DNA of 64,000 bases from Pocillopora damicornis (taxonomy: Eukaryota), in the NCBI RefSeq assembly GCF_003704095.1, contig NW_020847208.1:186001-250000 (forward strand), read 5' to 3'. Shown here one piece after another: positions 26,001 to 37,793 of the stretch. Numbering within the stretch: the stretch's first letter is position 1; each line of letters opens with the position of its first letter. The position numbers were made by a program, and so were the translations under genes. Below the pieces are notes generated by a model that had not been told where the DNA came from, searched no databases, and saw nothing but the letters and a program-made list of their open reading frames with translations.

Positions 26001-28783
26001 TGAAGGACGGTCCATGATAGGGGAAGGATACTTTGATTTAGGTGAAAAGGAGCACTTCCAAGACCGGATGGATAATGTCGATAAAAGGTTGCAAAACCTT
26101 CTAGAGCAATCTAAGAGAGATCAGGACAAGTGAGTTGTTTAGGGATATCATTTTTAGAACACACGAATGACATTGGTTATATATGTTTTACTGTTCATTA
26201 GAATTGATCGAAGGGCTGAGTTGACAGTTATTTTCGAAAACGATTAGGCAACACCACCTTGACATAGAATACGTTAGAAATGAATCAAACAAGCTAAATT
26301 TTTAACTCAGTTGTTTGTTGGTATTCTTTGCCATAGGCTTTCACAGCAGAGATCTGTTCTTTTGAAACAACAATTAAACAAAATGACCATATGGTTGAAA
26401 AAGGCCGAGCAAAAAAAAGACACAGGAGACGACATTGGCCCTACCTACGAAACTGTTAAAGAGCAGTTGGAGGAACATCAGGTAATTGTCAAATGTCATC
26501 GTGTTTCACGGTGGTATTCATATCCTTGCGAGATAGCAAATAACACTCCTGTACTCTTCTAGGAGTGTGTAACGTGGGAAAGAGTAAGGTATCGATAGTA
26601 AAGACAAGATCGCTGCTGGAAACACGTAATTTTGTTGATAGAAATATGTTGAGCATGTCGTTTCTTCATGACCTTAGAAATTTCAAGAGGGAGTTGGTGA
26701 CATGTCTTTAGTGGCTTCAGTACTAAGGAGTGATTTAACCGACCCAGATTTGGATGACAAAACTCGAGAACAAATCAAAAATGTGAACGAAAAGTGGGCG
26801 ACGGCCTGGAACTGGAGTGAGGATCGAAACCAGAAGCTAACCAAAGCAATGATCGATTGGCAGAAGTTTCGAGATGAAGAACTTATACTTCTAAACTGGC
26901 TCAGCCAGAAAGAAAAAACTCTCAAAGAAGTATCGAACACTGATGTTGCCGACGAACAACAAGTTAAGGAAAGCCTTGAACTTCTCGAGGTAAGGATTAC
27001 ACCTAGTTAAAAGTGTTCAATGGTAGTGCGATTTATGAACACCCAGTTGGTTTTTGAGAGATATGATTTTCCTTCGGAGGATACTCCTTTGCCACCAATT
27101 TTTCCTAACTTGTATTTCCTCTTCCCCAAGCAGCAAAATACTGAACGCGATTGTATCAGTCACCTGTTTACTTTGAAATAATTTTGGGAGTCAGTCCCTA
27201 GAGGTGTAAAATGCTACCCCATGAATAATGATCCAGTTTTATCAATTTTACGAATGTACCAACAGGCAACTCAAAAGGAGCTTGAGGAACAGGAGGAAAG
27301 ACTGCAAAGGCTCCGCCAACTGGGGAAAGACCTCATTGAGGATTCTGGTCGCGACGAAGAAACAACCAAGGAAATTGAAGCCCAGTTACAAGACTTTGAC
27401 GACTGCTGGAATCATGTTGCCAAGAGAGTCATTGATGAGAAAGAAAAGGTGCGTAAAACGTATATATTTTACTTATTGCTAGTCAGTCTTCTAATATTTT
27501 AGCCACATTGTGTGGAACCTTGTTGTACCTAGTTTAACCATGATGATGTGATCGCAACAACTCTGGGATTAAATCTCTTTGCCGGAGTTCCCCGATATCT
27601 CTACTGGTATTATCACAGATTTATTCAGAGTTCAGATGAAATTTTGCAGTTCACGTATCAGAGTTAGTTATAAGTTATTTGCACCTTCTGGAATCAACAG
27701 AAGGGCTAAGGAGATCATAGGGTAAAATTTCTATATTGTGAAAGGCACAACAACAGACGGATTAAACTAGCTATCTAAATTGGCCACGGTGAAAAAAAGG
27801 TTAATAAATGAACTCTAGTCGGGCACATGAGAAAAAATGCCCCGATTGATGGGGGTGAGTCACTATGTCCCCTCCCACCCACCCGCCGTTTACTTATTGA
27901 TCTATTTATATTCTCCTCCGCCTAGTTGATAAATACTCAAAACAAAATGAAGGAGATGTATGACCTAGTGGATTCTGTAAATCAGTGGGTGGATGACGGT
28001 CAAGCATTGATAAATGGATACAAAGAAGATTTGCCTTCTGACGAGCAAGAGAATCTTAAGAAAAGAGCTCAGGTACTTCACAAATTGTGTCACATTTCAT
28101 GCGAGGTACTTAATAGGATAACGACTCCTCACTCCTCACTCGATTATGCGGACTTACTTCTCTGGTTTAATTTTTTTTCACGAATACTAATTAGTCACAT
28201 TCGAGATCATCGAAAATTTTTTTCCCATCAAACAGAGAGGATGTACTGAAACATTATTGACGCTATGCTATTAACGCAGCTTCAAATAATGATAGATCAG
28301 AGACGTGCAACTTTGTAGCTACTTGAACTAGACCGATTTATCTTTGGCAAAAAAATATCTGAAACTTCGGAAATGGAATGCAAAAATAATCTCCAGCAGT
28401 TTTTGGACCGCTCTATCCATATTTTTTCCTTTTTGCTCTTTTCAAAGATGACTTTAAGCTTTAATTATTAATATCATCATTTTTTCTTTCACTATTATTT
28501 TTCCGATATTTACCTTTCTTCTTCGTTCTAGATTAAACTAGAGGAAAAGACAGCTATGCAAGTCAAAGTAGATCGTGTCAACCGGCTTGGAAAAGACGTA
28601 TGTGAAATTCTTGACGGACCTTCACAGAAAGCCGTCAAAGGAGAACTGCAACAATTCAATGACCGCTGGCAGGATGTGTGTGCAGCATTGGAAAGCTACA
28701 ACGACAAAGGATACCCAGATGTTAATGGAAATGAGTGCTGTATTGTCAGAATCATCAAAAGAAAGGTTAAATCTCTCTCATAG
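17029..28783 (+). CDS. Dystrophin/utrophin-like paralog 2, short form (~769 aa: CH1-CH2, short hinge, four spectrin repeats, Cys-Cys/basic C-terminus)
   Basis: Exons: 17029-17137 (alternatives 14938-15052, 19227-19299), 21576-21637 (ERETLHRKTFTKWVNARLAQ), 21980-22075, 22651-22728 (..LRVHKLNNVEQAM..), 22969-23061 (VKLVGINAFDIVDGKPRVILGLMWSVILRFQ), 23514-23611, 23711-23794 (DFSSSWRDGLAFNALVHSY), 23887-24002, 24571-24662 (DIDVEKPDKKLIIMYL), 24783-24889, 25274-25427, 25948-26129, 26337-26481, 26678-26989, 27266-27448, 27926-28072, 28532-28783 (stop). Total 2310 nt, in frame throughout. AATAAA at 29564-29569. Confidence 0.92.
19227..19299 (+). CDS. Candidate alternative first coding exon (1c) of dystrophin-like paralog 2
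   Basis: AAACATG start, MNGQEAEVARQNSMKIKRMISDRS, CAG|GTAAAG donor in phase 1, compatible with the exon at 21576. Confidence 0.5.
21455..21478. repeat. (CA)n microsatellite preceded by an A-rich (CAAA)n-like tract
   Basis: acacacacacacacacgcacaca seen directly. Confidence 0.8.
22310..22565 (-). mobile_element. Penelope-like element fragment with a degenerate hammerhead ribozyme core
   Basis: Minus strand of ~22380-22428 reads gacgCTGACGAtgacattcccttaggttgtcgaatttcGAAAcgtcc, i.e. a CUGANGA...GAAA core with an apparent insertion; lies in an intron of paralog 2. Confidence 0.45.
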
Positions 28784-29958
28784 AATGATAAAGAAAGCTA
28801 AAGCTAATGGATAGCTGCAGCAATTTAATCACATTAGGTTAGATTAAGAAAATTATATGGAGCATCATCGGATAGAATGTAAACTTGAACAACCGTAATG
28901 CAATTTTTCTCAGTGTGAAACAGATGTTAGTCAATTGAAAAATGCAGAAAATATACAGTAGCAAAATTCCGACAAAAATTTAGGAAAACGAATTACGGGA
29001 AAGGGGAAACGTGTTCTCTCAGACCTTCATCACGGGATGGACATGATGAGTCACTAGGAATGAAAAAGCTTTGTTCTAGCGCGTTTAGCCTCGTAGAGGA
29101 AAATCATTTAAATTTGTTCAAAAGTTTAAAAGGGTCAACGGGTGAAAAGGGCCTTCTTTCCCTGAACCGCATAATATAACATGGATAAACAGAACTCTGG
29201 GAAACGAAACTGTGACCCTGATTTGTTTTACCTTTCAACGACACTAAGATTCAAATGCATGTAGGCAGGGCTTCATAGTCATGTGTGAGGGAGTAAGTTG
29301 CAATGTCAGCTAATATAATCACAAGTGTCTCTGTCTCATTATACTGAAAGAGTTGTTTCAGTAAATGGATTCAAAAGATGTATAGATACGCCACGCATTT
29401 GTTTGTTTCTAATTAAATATGGGATAATAAGAATATACAGATGTATACGCCTTAAATGCTAAAATTGATTAATCTTATTGAAAACATCGCAGGGCCGCTG
29501 CACAGACAATTGCGTTAAAAGCATGGAGCTAATCAAACGGTTGTAACAATCCAATTTTGAGCGAATAAAAGGTTTCTTTATTGTATCATATATTCCATTT
29601 TTTTTCGAACTCTGTATTTTATCGTGCAAAACCTTAACCATGAGTATGTAAAGCATGTATACTCAAGGGTCGATGATGGCGCAGTCAAATGAAAAGTTTG
29701 GGATATTTACATATTTTCCTCCACACGATCTCATTTTTACTTAGAATGTGGGAAACAAATTTTTGTCCTGGACATATTTCCAGATCCCGAAAGATGCCTG
29801 CTAGTGAGCTCTAATCTGCGCTGCAGCACAAGCGGCTGAGCGCACGAGATTCGCGCAGGTGAGCGAAATCAAACCGCAACTGAAGTCGGTTTTGAAGAGT
29901 CTTTATTTGTTCAGGTTTTGACAAATACGTTACATACCGAGAATACAACAATAAATTC

Positions 29959-32900
29959 TTAGGCAGCCTGTGTTGGCCCACCATTTGACAAACACACACT
30001 GAAGTCAATGGCACACTTTGCTTTGTCCTTAAGCCCTGTGGCATTTTCGTAACATTTATCGGCCTCTTTCTTGCATGTTGCCTAAAAGAAAATTCAGAAT
30101 AGGATAATGTTGAGCAATGGGTAATTAGAGCACAACTTTGGTTCCGACTCTCAAGAGCTCACTTCTCTTGCTTATACCATTGATGAAAGTTGAGACTTCT
30201 TTCACGTGCTTAAAGGCATTACACCCTGCTTTCTACCTCGTACACAAATAATCACTTAAAAGATATTTACCACATAGGGTGGAATGAGCTGAGCCATGCA
30301 ATCCTTGTAGTCTACCAGACATTCCATAACAGTCTTATCTGGGTTGTTATTACAGTTATACAGGTCGATTTGGCATTGCTGCAAGGAAACCGGATTATTA
30401 AATAAAACAAAAACTGCTTTGAATGGGGCGAGGGACTTTATTTACCAATTCTGTACCACCTTGATACGCTCAATACGACTAATAGCATATATAACCATGT
30501 TTACAGGTTCTAACTTTTAAACATCAATCTTGAACAAAAAGAAGAAACTAAAACCACTGTGGATGTGTGATTAGTGATTCCTACCGCCAATGGACCATGA
30601 GTTGGAGCCAGAGTTGGAGGCATACGTTTCTCAGGGGCATAAGTCACAGGAGTAGGTCCCCCATCCTTCAAACATTTGCCGTAGTCATAGAAACAGACAG
30701 CTTGTGCTTTAATTCCGTTAGCGTGGCTAACACACCAACTTAGGTCTTTGTTACACAGAGTCTGAGAACAAGGGATTAATATAATATGTAATTAGATTAA
30801 TCTATTAATAATTGAGGACAATTTTCTCTAGTTACCAAGGTGTCTATTTTTGGATATCAGTTTTCCTTGCACAAAGACAATAACTGAAAACTTATACTTA
30901 GTTAGAGAACGCTATAACTACGTAATCATTGCGAACGAAACCTTGTGTCATTAAATACTTGTACGAAGGAGAAATATATATAATGGCGGGATATGGTTTG
31001 GGCGAAAGAGAAATATATCTTATTGGACGTTTTGGTATGTATCGCTAAGTATTTTTACGAGTGCTGCCGTATTTTGGCGAGCCCGCAAAGCAGGTCAAAA
31101 TACAAACTACGAGTGAAAATACTCAGCAATACTACACATCAAATTGTCTAACATGTTATTTATTTTTTAATTGCTTTGTTCATACACATTTCTCATACGC
31201 TTATCTAATGAAGATGGAAAAACGAAGCAGGCAGAGGAGTGTAGCGCACGCAGTCGTTTGATTAAAAAGTTTTTTTTTACGGTACAAAATAACCAACTGT
31301 CCAATAACGCAGGTATTTGTTTTCGGTTCGCGCGTTATTTGTACTCTACTCAGAACAATCAGATAATGATAGTTATTCTTACCACATAATACGGCATTGT
31401 AGGGACTAGAGCTGCCATGCAGTCTTTGTATTTGATCAAACATTCCTTTGCGCTGCTGTTTTCAGCTTTGTAGCAGTTATACAGTTCTTTATGACAATCC
31501 TGAGGCAAAAGTGATTTTAGGAAACGATGTTTATTTATACAATATACATGTGGGTAGCGAAAGCAGTTTTCAAGTAACAAACATCGGAGGGAAACTTCTT
31601 TCCGATCTCTCATGCTCTTGACAAAGCAGAAAAACACCTTCCTCTACATAGTTAATAACTTTGTAAAGAAGTAATGAAGCGAAATATTTGAATTTTTCAT
31701 CTCAATTGCAAAAGGCTCACGTGTGCGAACGTACCGTAAACTGACCGGTACTGCTGTCGTCCATTGCATGGTGGGAAGGGGAATAGGTGACAGGGGTAGG
31801 ACCTCCATTCTTTAAACATTTGCCGTATTCAATATAACAGTCAGCCTTCGCTTTTATGCCTTGTGCATGGCTTGTGCAAAAGGTCAGGTCTTTTTTACAT
31901 AAGGTCTGCAAACAAAAAAAGATAAAATCCGACAAAAATTAAGGCTGAAAATTGCCAGGTTTGCATGGTGTGCTTAAACACTTTTTGTGTGTGACATAAA
32001 GGATGAAATTTCAATTTAAAAAAATCTGCAATCTACGAATGTTACATTCAGGCTAATAGCAAACCAATATATATCACTTCAACTTAAACAAAACGAGCGC
32101 AAACTCTAAAACGCTTATCTATTATTTAAGTGAAAGATGGGTGAACTTTCTTGGAAAGTTCATTCATTTTAGTTCAACCCGGCTGACAAAGGATATCCAG
32201 CCTGCAAATGAGAAATATCGTTAATCCTCAAGCTAAATTAGATTAGAGTAAGTGGCGAATGCATTTAATTTCCGAGATTCTTGCTTAGGGTTAGAAAGAA
32301 AGAAAACAACAAAAAAAGCGGGGGAGTGGGGGGGAGGAGGGGTTTCAACTGAAACTTGTGCTCGATTACACTGTCTGAAATCAACACAAATAAATGAAAG
32401 AAAATCACAAATGACGAAAAAAAGGAAACTAAACAAAAATGACGTATTAACGTAGAGCTTACCATAAAGTAAGGCATAGTAGGTATAAGCGCGGCCATAC
32501 AATCTTTGTATTTCACCAAGCATTCCTTTGCGGTGTTGGTTTCCTGTTTGTAGCAGCTGTAGAGATCTTTGTGGCATTGCTATAACAATAATGCAAAAAA
32601 GATGTGTATCTCAGAGCATCTTAAAATGCATTGTTAGATGTTTCGCACCAAAACATTAGTTTTTCTTTCTGACGTTTCCATTGTGGTTGCGGGGAGAAAA
32701 GAATTTCATAAGGTAGAGCTAATAATATTTCGATTTGCAATTGTATAAATAAACAAGGATGAGAGTTAAGAAAGTCCAGAATCCGATATAAAAAGAAACT
32801 TTATTTAAAGAATTCTTCAGAGTTCACGATTTGATAGGGCCCTCGAGGTACCAAATTTCCTGCTTCATACATTGGAAAGTAGCTCACACCAAAAGCTGTC

Positions 32901-33015
32901 TCACAAAAGAAAAAAAAGTGCTCACCGTGAATGCTCCTTTTTCGTCGTTTAGTTCATCAGCACAAACCATAGCCATGAAGGCCACAATAAGTGAAACAGT
33001 GAGGAAAAACTTCAT
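29959..33015 (-). CDS. Secreted cysteine-rich repeat protein A (~300 aa; signal peptide plus three tandem A+B units, 24 module Cys); family not recognised
   Basis: All introns phase 0. Exons: 32926-33015 (MKFFLTVSLIVAFMAMVCADELNDEKGAFT), 32463-32579 (QCHKDLYSCYKQETNTAKECLVKYKDCMAALIPTMPYFM), 31735-31905 (TLCKKDLTFCTSHAQGIKAKADCYIEYGKCLKNGGPTP..), 31383-31499, 30585-30761, 30271-30378, 29959-30081 (ATCKKEADKCYENATGLKDKAKCAIDFSVCLSNGGPTQAA*). Minus-strand AATAAA at 29902-29907. Confidence 0.88.
31018..31370. mobile_element. Imperfect palindromic MITE-like insertion in intron 4 of gene A
   Basis: Arms ~31018-31080 and ~31092-31155 are imperfect reverse complements (e.g. taagtattttt / aaaatactcag; tattttggc / gtcaaaata). 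Confidence 0.45.
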
Positions 33016-35261
33016 GTTGAAGTGACTTCGTTTCCTGAGATAAATGTGCTTTTTTACCTCTGGGTGATTGCTTTTAAAGACACCGGGCAGATTCAAAGTT
33101 TATTGAGATTTCTTTACAGCATAAAAGGTTAGCGTTTGTGGAGTCAAAGAGGTGTTACTTTGTAAAAGAGGATATCTGCAGCTGTTTAATCTTTTATTTG
33201 AGTGTTGGTGTTAAATAGAGACAAAAGAATCTGAGTGAGAACGTTTGTTCTGACTAAAATTGCGATTTTCTTTGAATTTATTTTCTCTTTTCTTCCTCCC
33301 GTCCTTTTTTCACGAAATAGAACGCTTGGTGCTTCCTCTTCCTTTTCTTAATACTAAGAGAAAATGATACGTACCGAAAAAGAGAGAAAAAAAATTTATG
33401 TATATATCGCTTTCACGAGCTTCCATGAATAACTACTTCGCCTATCTATAGTGCAAAGTTAACATACATACTAAACAAATCAACCAGAACTAAAATCTGT
33501 GTTATTTGCTCATCAATCACTCTTTACTTCAGCCCTCTTTGTATTATTATTCACCAACAGTTTACCTTCGCACAGGTGTAATTGTGCATCTGTTTGGCTG
33601 ATAAGCATTCTTAAGAATGAAACTGTGAAATCCAACAAAGGTTAGCGCAGTTAGGGTAGTTCTACTTCCATTGTTGCATTTATGCCTTTTATGATCTTTG
33701 TAATCCGATACTTATCACTTCTATAACTAATTGTTTCATCCTGCTCATTTGGAATTGTTGACAATCATTGTTGTTTGCATCTCCTACCTACGTGGAATTA
33801 TTTTATCCAAGACCGGTTTTTTGAAGCCCCATAATTTTGAATGTCGAATGGGAGATGAGTTATAGTTATAATCACATAAAATAGAGCTTCCCAAAACGTC
33901 TTTTGTTAGATAACTGAATTAATATGTGAACTTTAGGTGGAGCATTATGTTAGCATAACAGCCAACAGCATACTATATTCAAATAAAAAATATTGTAGCT
34001 TTTAAAATCAAGATCCATCTTTATTTTTATCTTTATGACAGATAGCAGATATTTTATCATTGGGCGCGAGTGTGATTACAATGAAAAGCTGTTTTCCTTT
34101 TGTGAAACGTTTAGAGGTTACTTCAGCTCCTGCAGAAATGGGTAGTGATGAGTTCATCTTTAAAACGAATTGTCATCGAAAAAGAAACTCATGCTCGGTC
34201 TGATCGCTGATATAAAATAAAAAAAAAATGTCATCCCAGTTTATCGAGAAATACTTCTCGTCACAATTATGTTGTTTTGGGTTATTAATGGGAGAGAGTA
34301 TCTCGCCATTCCCACCGAAGAATCATCTGCAGTTATTTCAAGCAAATGTTATGTCATGATTATATGGCCTTCTCATGCGCTTGTCAATCACTTTTGATTT
34401 TCAATCGCTTCTTCCGTCCAATTTTTGTTCTTGGAAGTCTCAAAGGGAAAATTAATTTGATCCAAACGATAGTGACTTCGATATTAACCCGACATCTCGA
34501 AAAGGCATTCCTGGTTTTCATGAAGCGAAATGGTAACAGATTGCAAAGTAAAGGACGTTCACATCCACGCTGTTTCTTTTTGACAACTGTATCGGTGGTC
34601 CGCTGCGCACGTCGAAAGTTATTGTGGTCTTAGATGGCAGACATCCATGCTCATTAAATTTGAAGTTAATTTTACAATGTTTTTATCGTTGCAAACATTG
34701 CTACTATCATGGTGTCGTACTCAATTATTGAACGTGAGTGTCTCCGTCTTTATTATTATCTAATTATGTTTTTGTAGTCTCGTCAGCGTTATTTTCATTA
34801 GGATTACAAAGAATCCTATTTAAGTTGGCGCTGTTTTATTGGTTTTCCGATTTTCAGAACCCCCAATGTCTCCCTGCAAATTCAGATGTTGGGACGAATT
34901 GGTGAGTGACTTCTGAGACCATGGGCGATATATACTTAAACCTCGGCAGATCATAGAAAAGATACTTTCCATGCGGTAACGTCGAACTATGTGATAAAGC
35001 TTGGAAGAACATGGCGGAACGACATTTTCAACCATCGCCCATATCGCTTACGTCGCTCGCGATATTTAGTGGCACAAAAATGTTCATAAATGTGTGGTGT
35101 TATGAGACTTTGCAAATCTTAAATGTTTGCAGTGGGGAGCAATACGGTTCAAAAACAATCTAAGAAAATTCAACAACAAACCAACTTCACATTTCTCATG
35201 TTCTTATATTTGTACTCTAATTAAGTACATCTACTTCCAGTTATGTCCAGCACAATTCAAA

Positions 35262-37760
35262 TCATTTTTCGGTTGGTAATGGTGGAGAAGTAGTTGGTGC
35301 ACCATTTTGGAGACATTTTCCGAGTTGTTTAGCGCAGTTGAACTTTTCTTTAAGAGACTGAGCATCGCCAAAACACTCCTTAGCCTCGGCATAGCACTTT
35401 TTCTGTAGATTCAAATCGTAAGAAAAAAAACTCAGCAATAACACGAGTGATATAAAACGAATAAAAATTGAACTTTTCTTAGTTCGCTATCTCAACACAG
35501 ATAGTAGATAATTTTCAATTTGCCACATAGGTTTAAAGAGCATATCAAGCACGAAAGTTAATAATTTCATAGAGAACTTCAATTTATGCAACTTTCTTGA
35601 ATTTGTATAGACCTTTGAACGCAAATAAAGCAACTTTCCAGCATTTAAAGAGCATGCACAATAGGGACAGGCCTAAACCAATATCTTAATCTCAATTCTT
35701 CTCTCTGTCCTTTATATATTTTTACTACTTTTAGCTTCGAGAGTTTCGTGTTTAATCTCATTATATACCATGGCTGATATCTTTATTTTATTTTATCACT
35801 AAGACACGACGACAGAAGCAGCAAAATTTAAATCATAAATTATACTTGTCCTTTTCTCACCACATATGCCGGTATCAGTGCCTCCATACATGCTTTGTAA
35901 TTAGCTGAACATATCTTTCCGTCGTTTCCGTCCTTGAAGCATTGGTATAAATCTTTTTGGCATTTCTATGTTTAGTTAAAAAAATAAAAATTAAACAAAA
36001 AACGAGTAAGTACGGAATTGCAACGCATGAATATCTCAAACGCATTAGGAAAATGGGAAAAAAAATTCTTAGAGGGCTGTGTTTGGAGANNNNNNNNNNN
36101 NNNNNNNNNNNNNNNNNNNNNNNNNNNNNNNNNNNNNNNNNNNNNNNNNNNNNNNNNNNNNNNNNNNNNNNNNNNNNNNNNNNNNNNNNNNNNNNNNNNN
36201 NNNNNNNNNNNNNNNNNNNNNNNNNNNNNNNNNNNNNNNNNNNNNNNNNNNNNNNNNNNNNNNNNNNNNNNNNNNNNNNNNNNNNNNNNNNNNNNNTTTC
36301 CGTGGGTACCCTTGGAAACCTTCTTTACCTCCTCGCTATACCCCTGAGTCTCATCCTCTCCTGTTAACTGTTGTTTCGATAATTTCCAAAGGTTGTTACC
36401 ACCTATGGTATTAATCCAAGTCAAAGCATGACCATTAACAGAAATTCTCTCATCTCCAATCTATAAATAGCCACGACAAGAGTTAGTGACTACTGAAGTG
36501 CTTCCAAATCTTGGACACGAACTTACTCTGAAACCGTTCGAGTTTTCCATCTGTCCCATGTCTTCGATCGCATCGAAAACAACTTCTTCGGGCCCTTTGT
36601 CTTTTATACACACGAAAAGTTCCTTGAGACACCCAGCTTTCATGGCTAAGTTTTTCTTATCTTTCACGCACTGTATGGCGTTGTTAAAACAGGTTTCCTG
36701 GCAAAAGAAACTTTAGGCAATGAAATATATAACTTTAACATAGGTTTTTTGAGTATCTCTTCCATTAGAACAACATTCCAATGAGAAAAATTATCGATAA
36801 TAGCCGTCAATTGAATAAATCAAAACGGTTTATTTCCCAGATTATCGCTCTCAGTGGCCATAGGATCTCTTGAATCCTCAAGGCTACGGCAACGTATAAC
36901 TGTGTGTCATCGTTAAGGTTTAAAACGAACTGATAAGAAGCTATTACTTACCACGTATGGAGGCACTGTCGGCATCAGCGCCGAAATGCAGGTTTTGTAA
37001 TCCTTGAGACATTCGAGTTTATCCTTGTTTCCCTGTTTGACACACTTCAATAGATCTATTTTGCATTGCTAGATGTGCAATACAGAATATAATCATTAGA
37101 AAAACAAAATAGAATAATATGGAATTTGAAAGAATATACATAATCAACTAAATTATTTCTGTGCTTATCTGTGGCAACATTCTGGGGGGAAATTTGGCAG
37201 ATCATATGATTCGAAAGTGGCACTCAGCTAGTGCATATCTTTTAAAACCAAACTAAAGAGCATTTATAGGAAATAAGGGAAGAATAGCTAACAATCACGA
37301 AATTAAATGACTACATTTTTGCCTTTGATATCAAGTCTGCCAAAATGGAAAATCCCATCGATCTTTTAGCCGTTGAGGTATTTTCTTCTCCTTAAAGACA
37401 CAATCCTTTAATAGTAAGTTTTCGATTGTATGTTGACCGAGAAACGACTCACACCTCATGGAGGTGTCTGTCATCACGTGAAAGTGATCTGACTAATGCC
37501 TTTTCCTATTGGAGGGGATCACGTGCCCCCCCAAAAACCTATTCCCCTTGGGGTAATTTAGTGTTATAAACTGCGTTGATAACGTAAATTGGCCACCGTA
37601 AAGGGTTTAAAAGCTGACGTTTCGAGCGTTAACCCTTCGTCAGAGCGATTGGGCTAACAAAGGGCTAACGCTCGAAACGTCAGCTTTTAAACTCTTTACA
37701 GTGGTCAATTTACGTTATCAACTCAGTTTATAATACTAAATAACCCTGTTCTTCCACTGA

Positions 37761-37793
<33 letters not shown>

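Noticed and set aside
35957-36424. Four long ORFs containing X runs
   Set aside because: Artefacts of translation through the 207-N gap.
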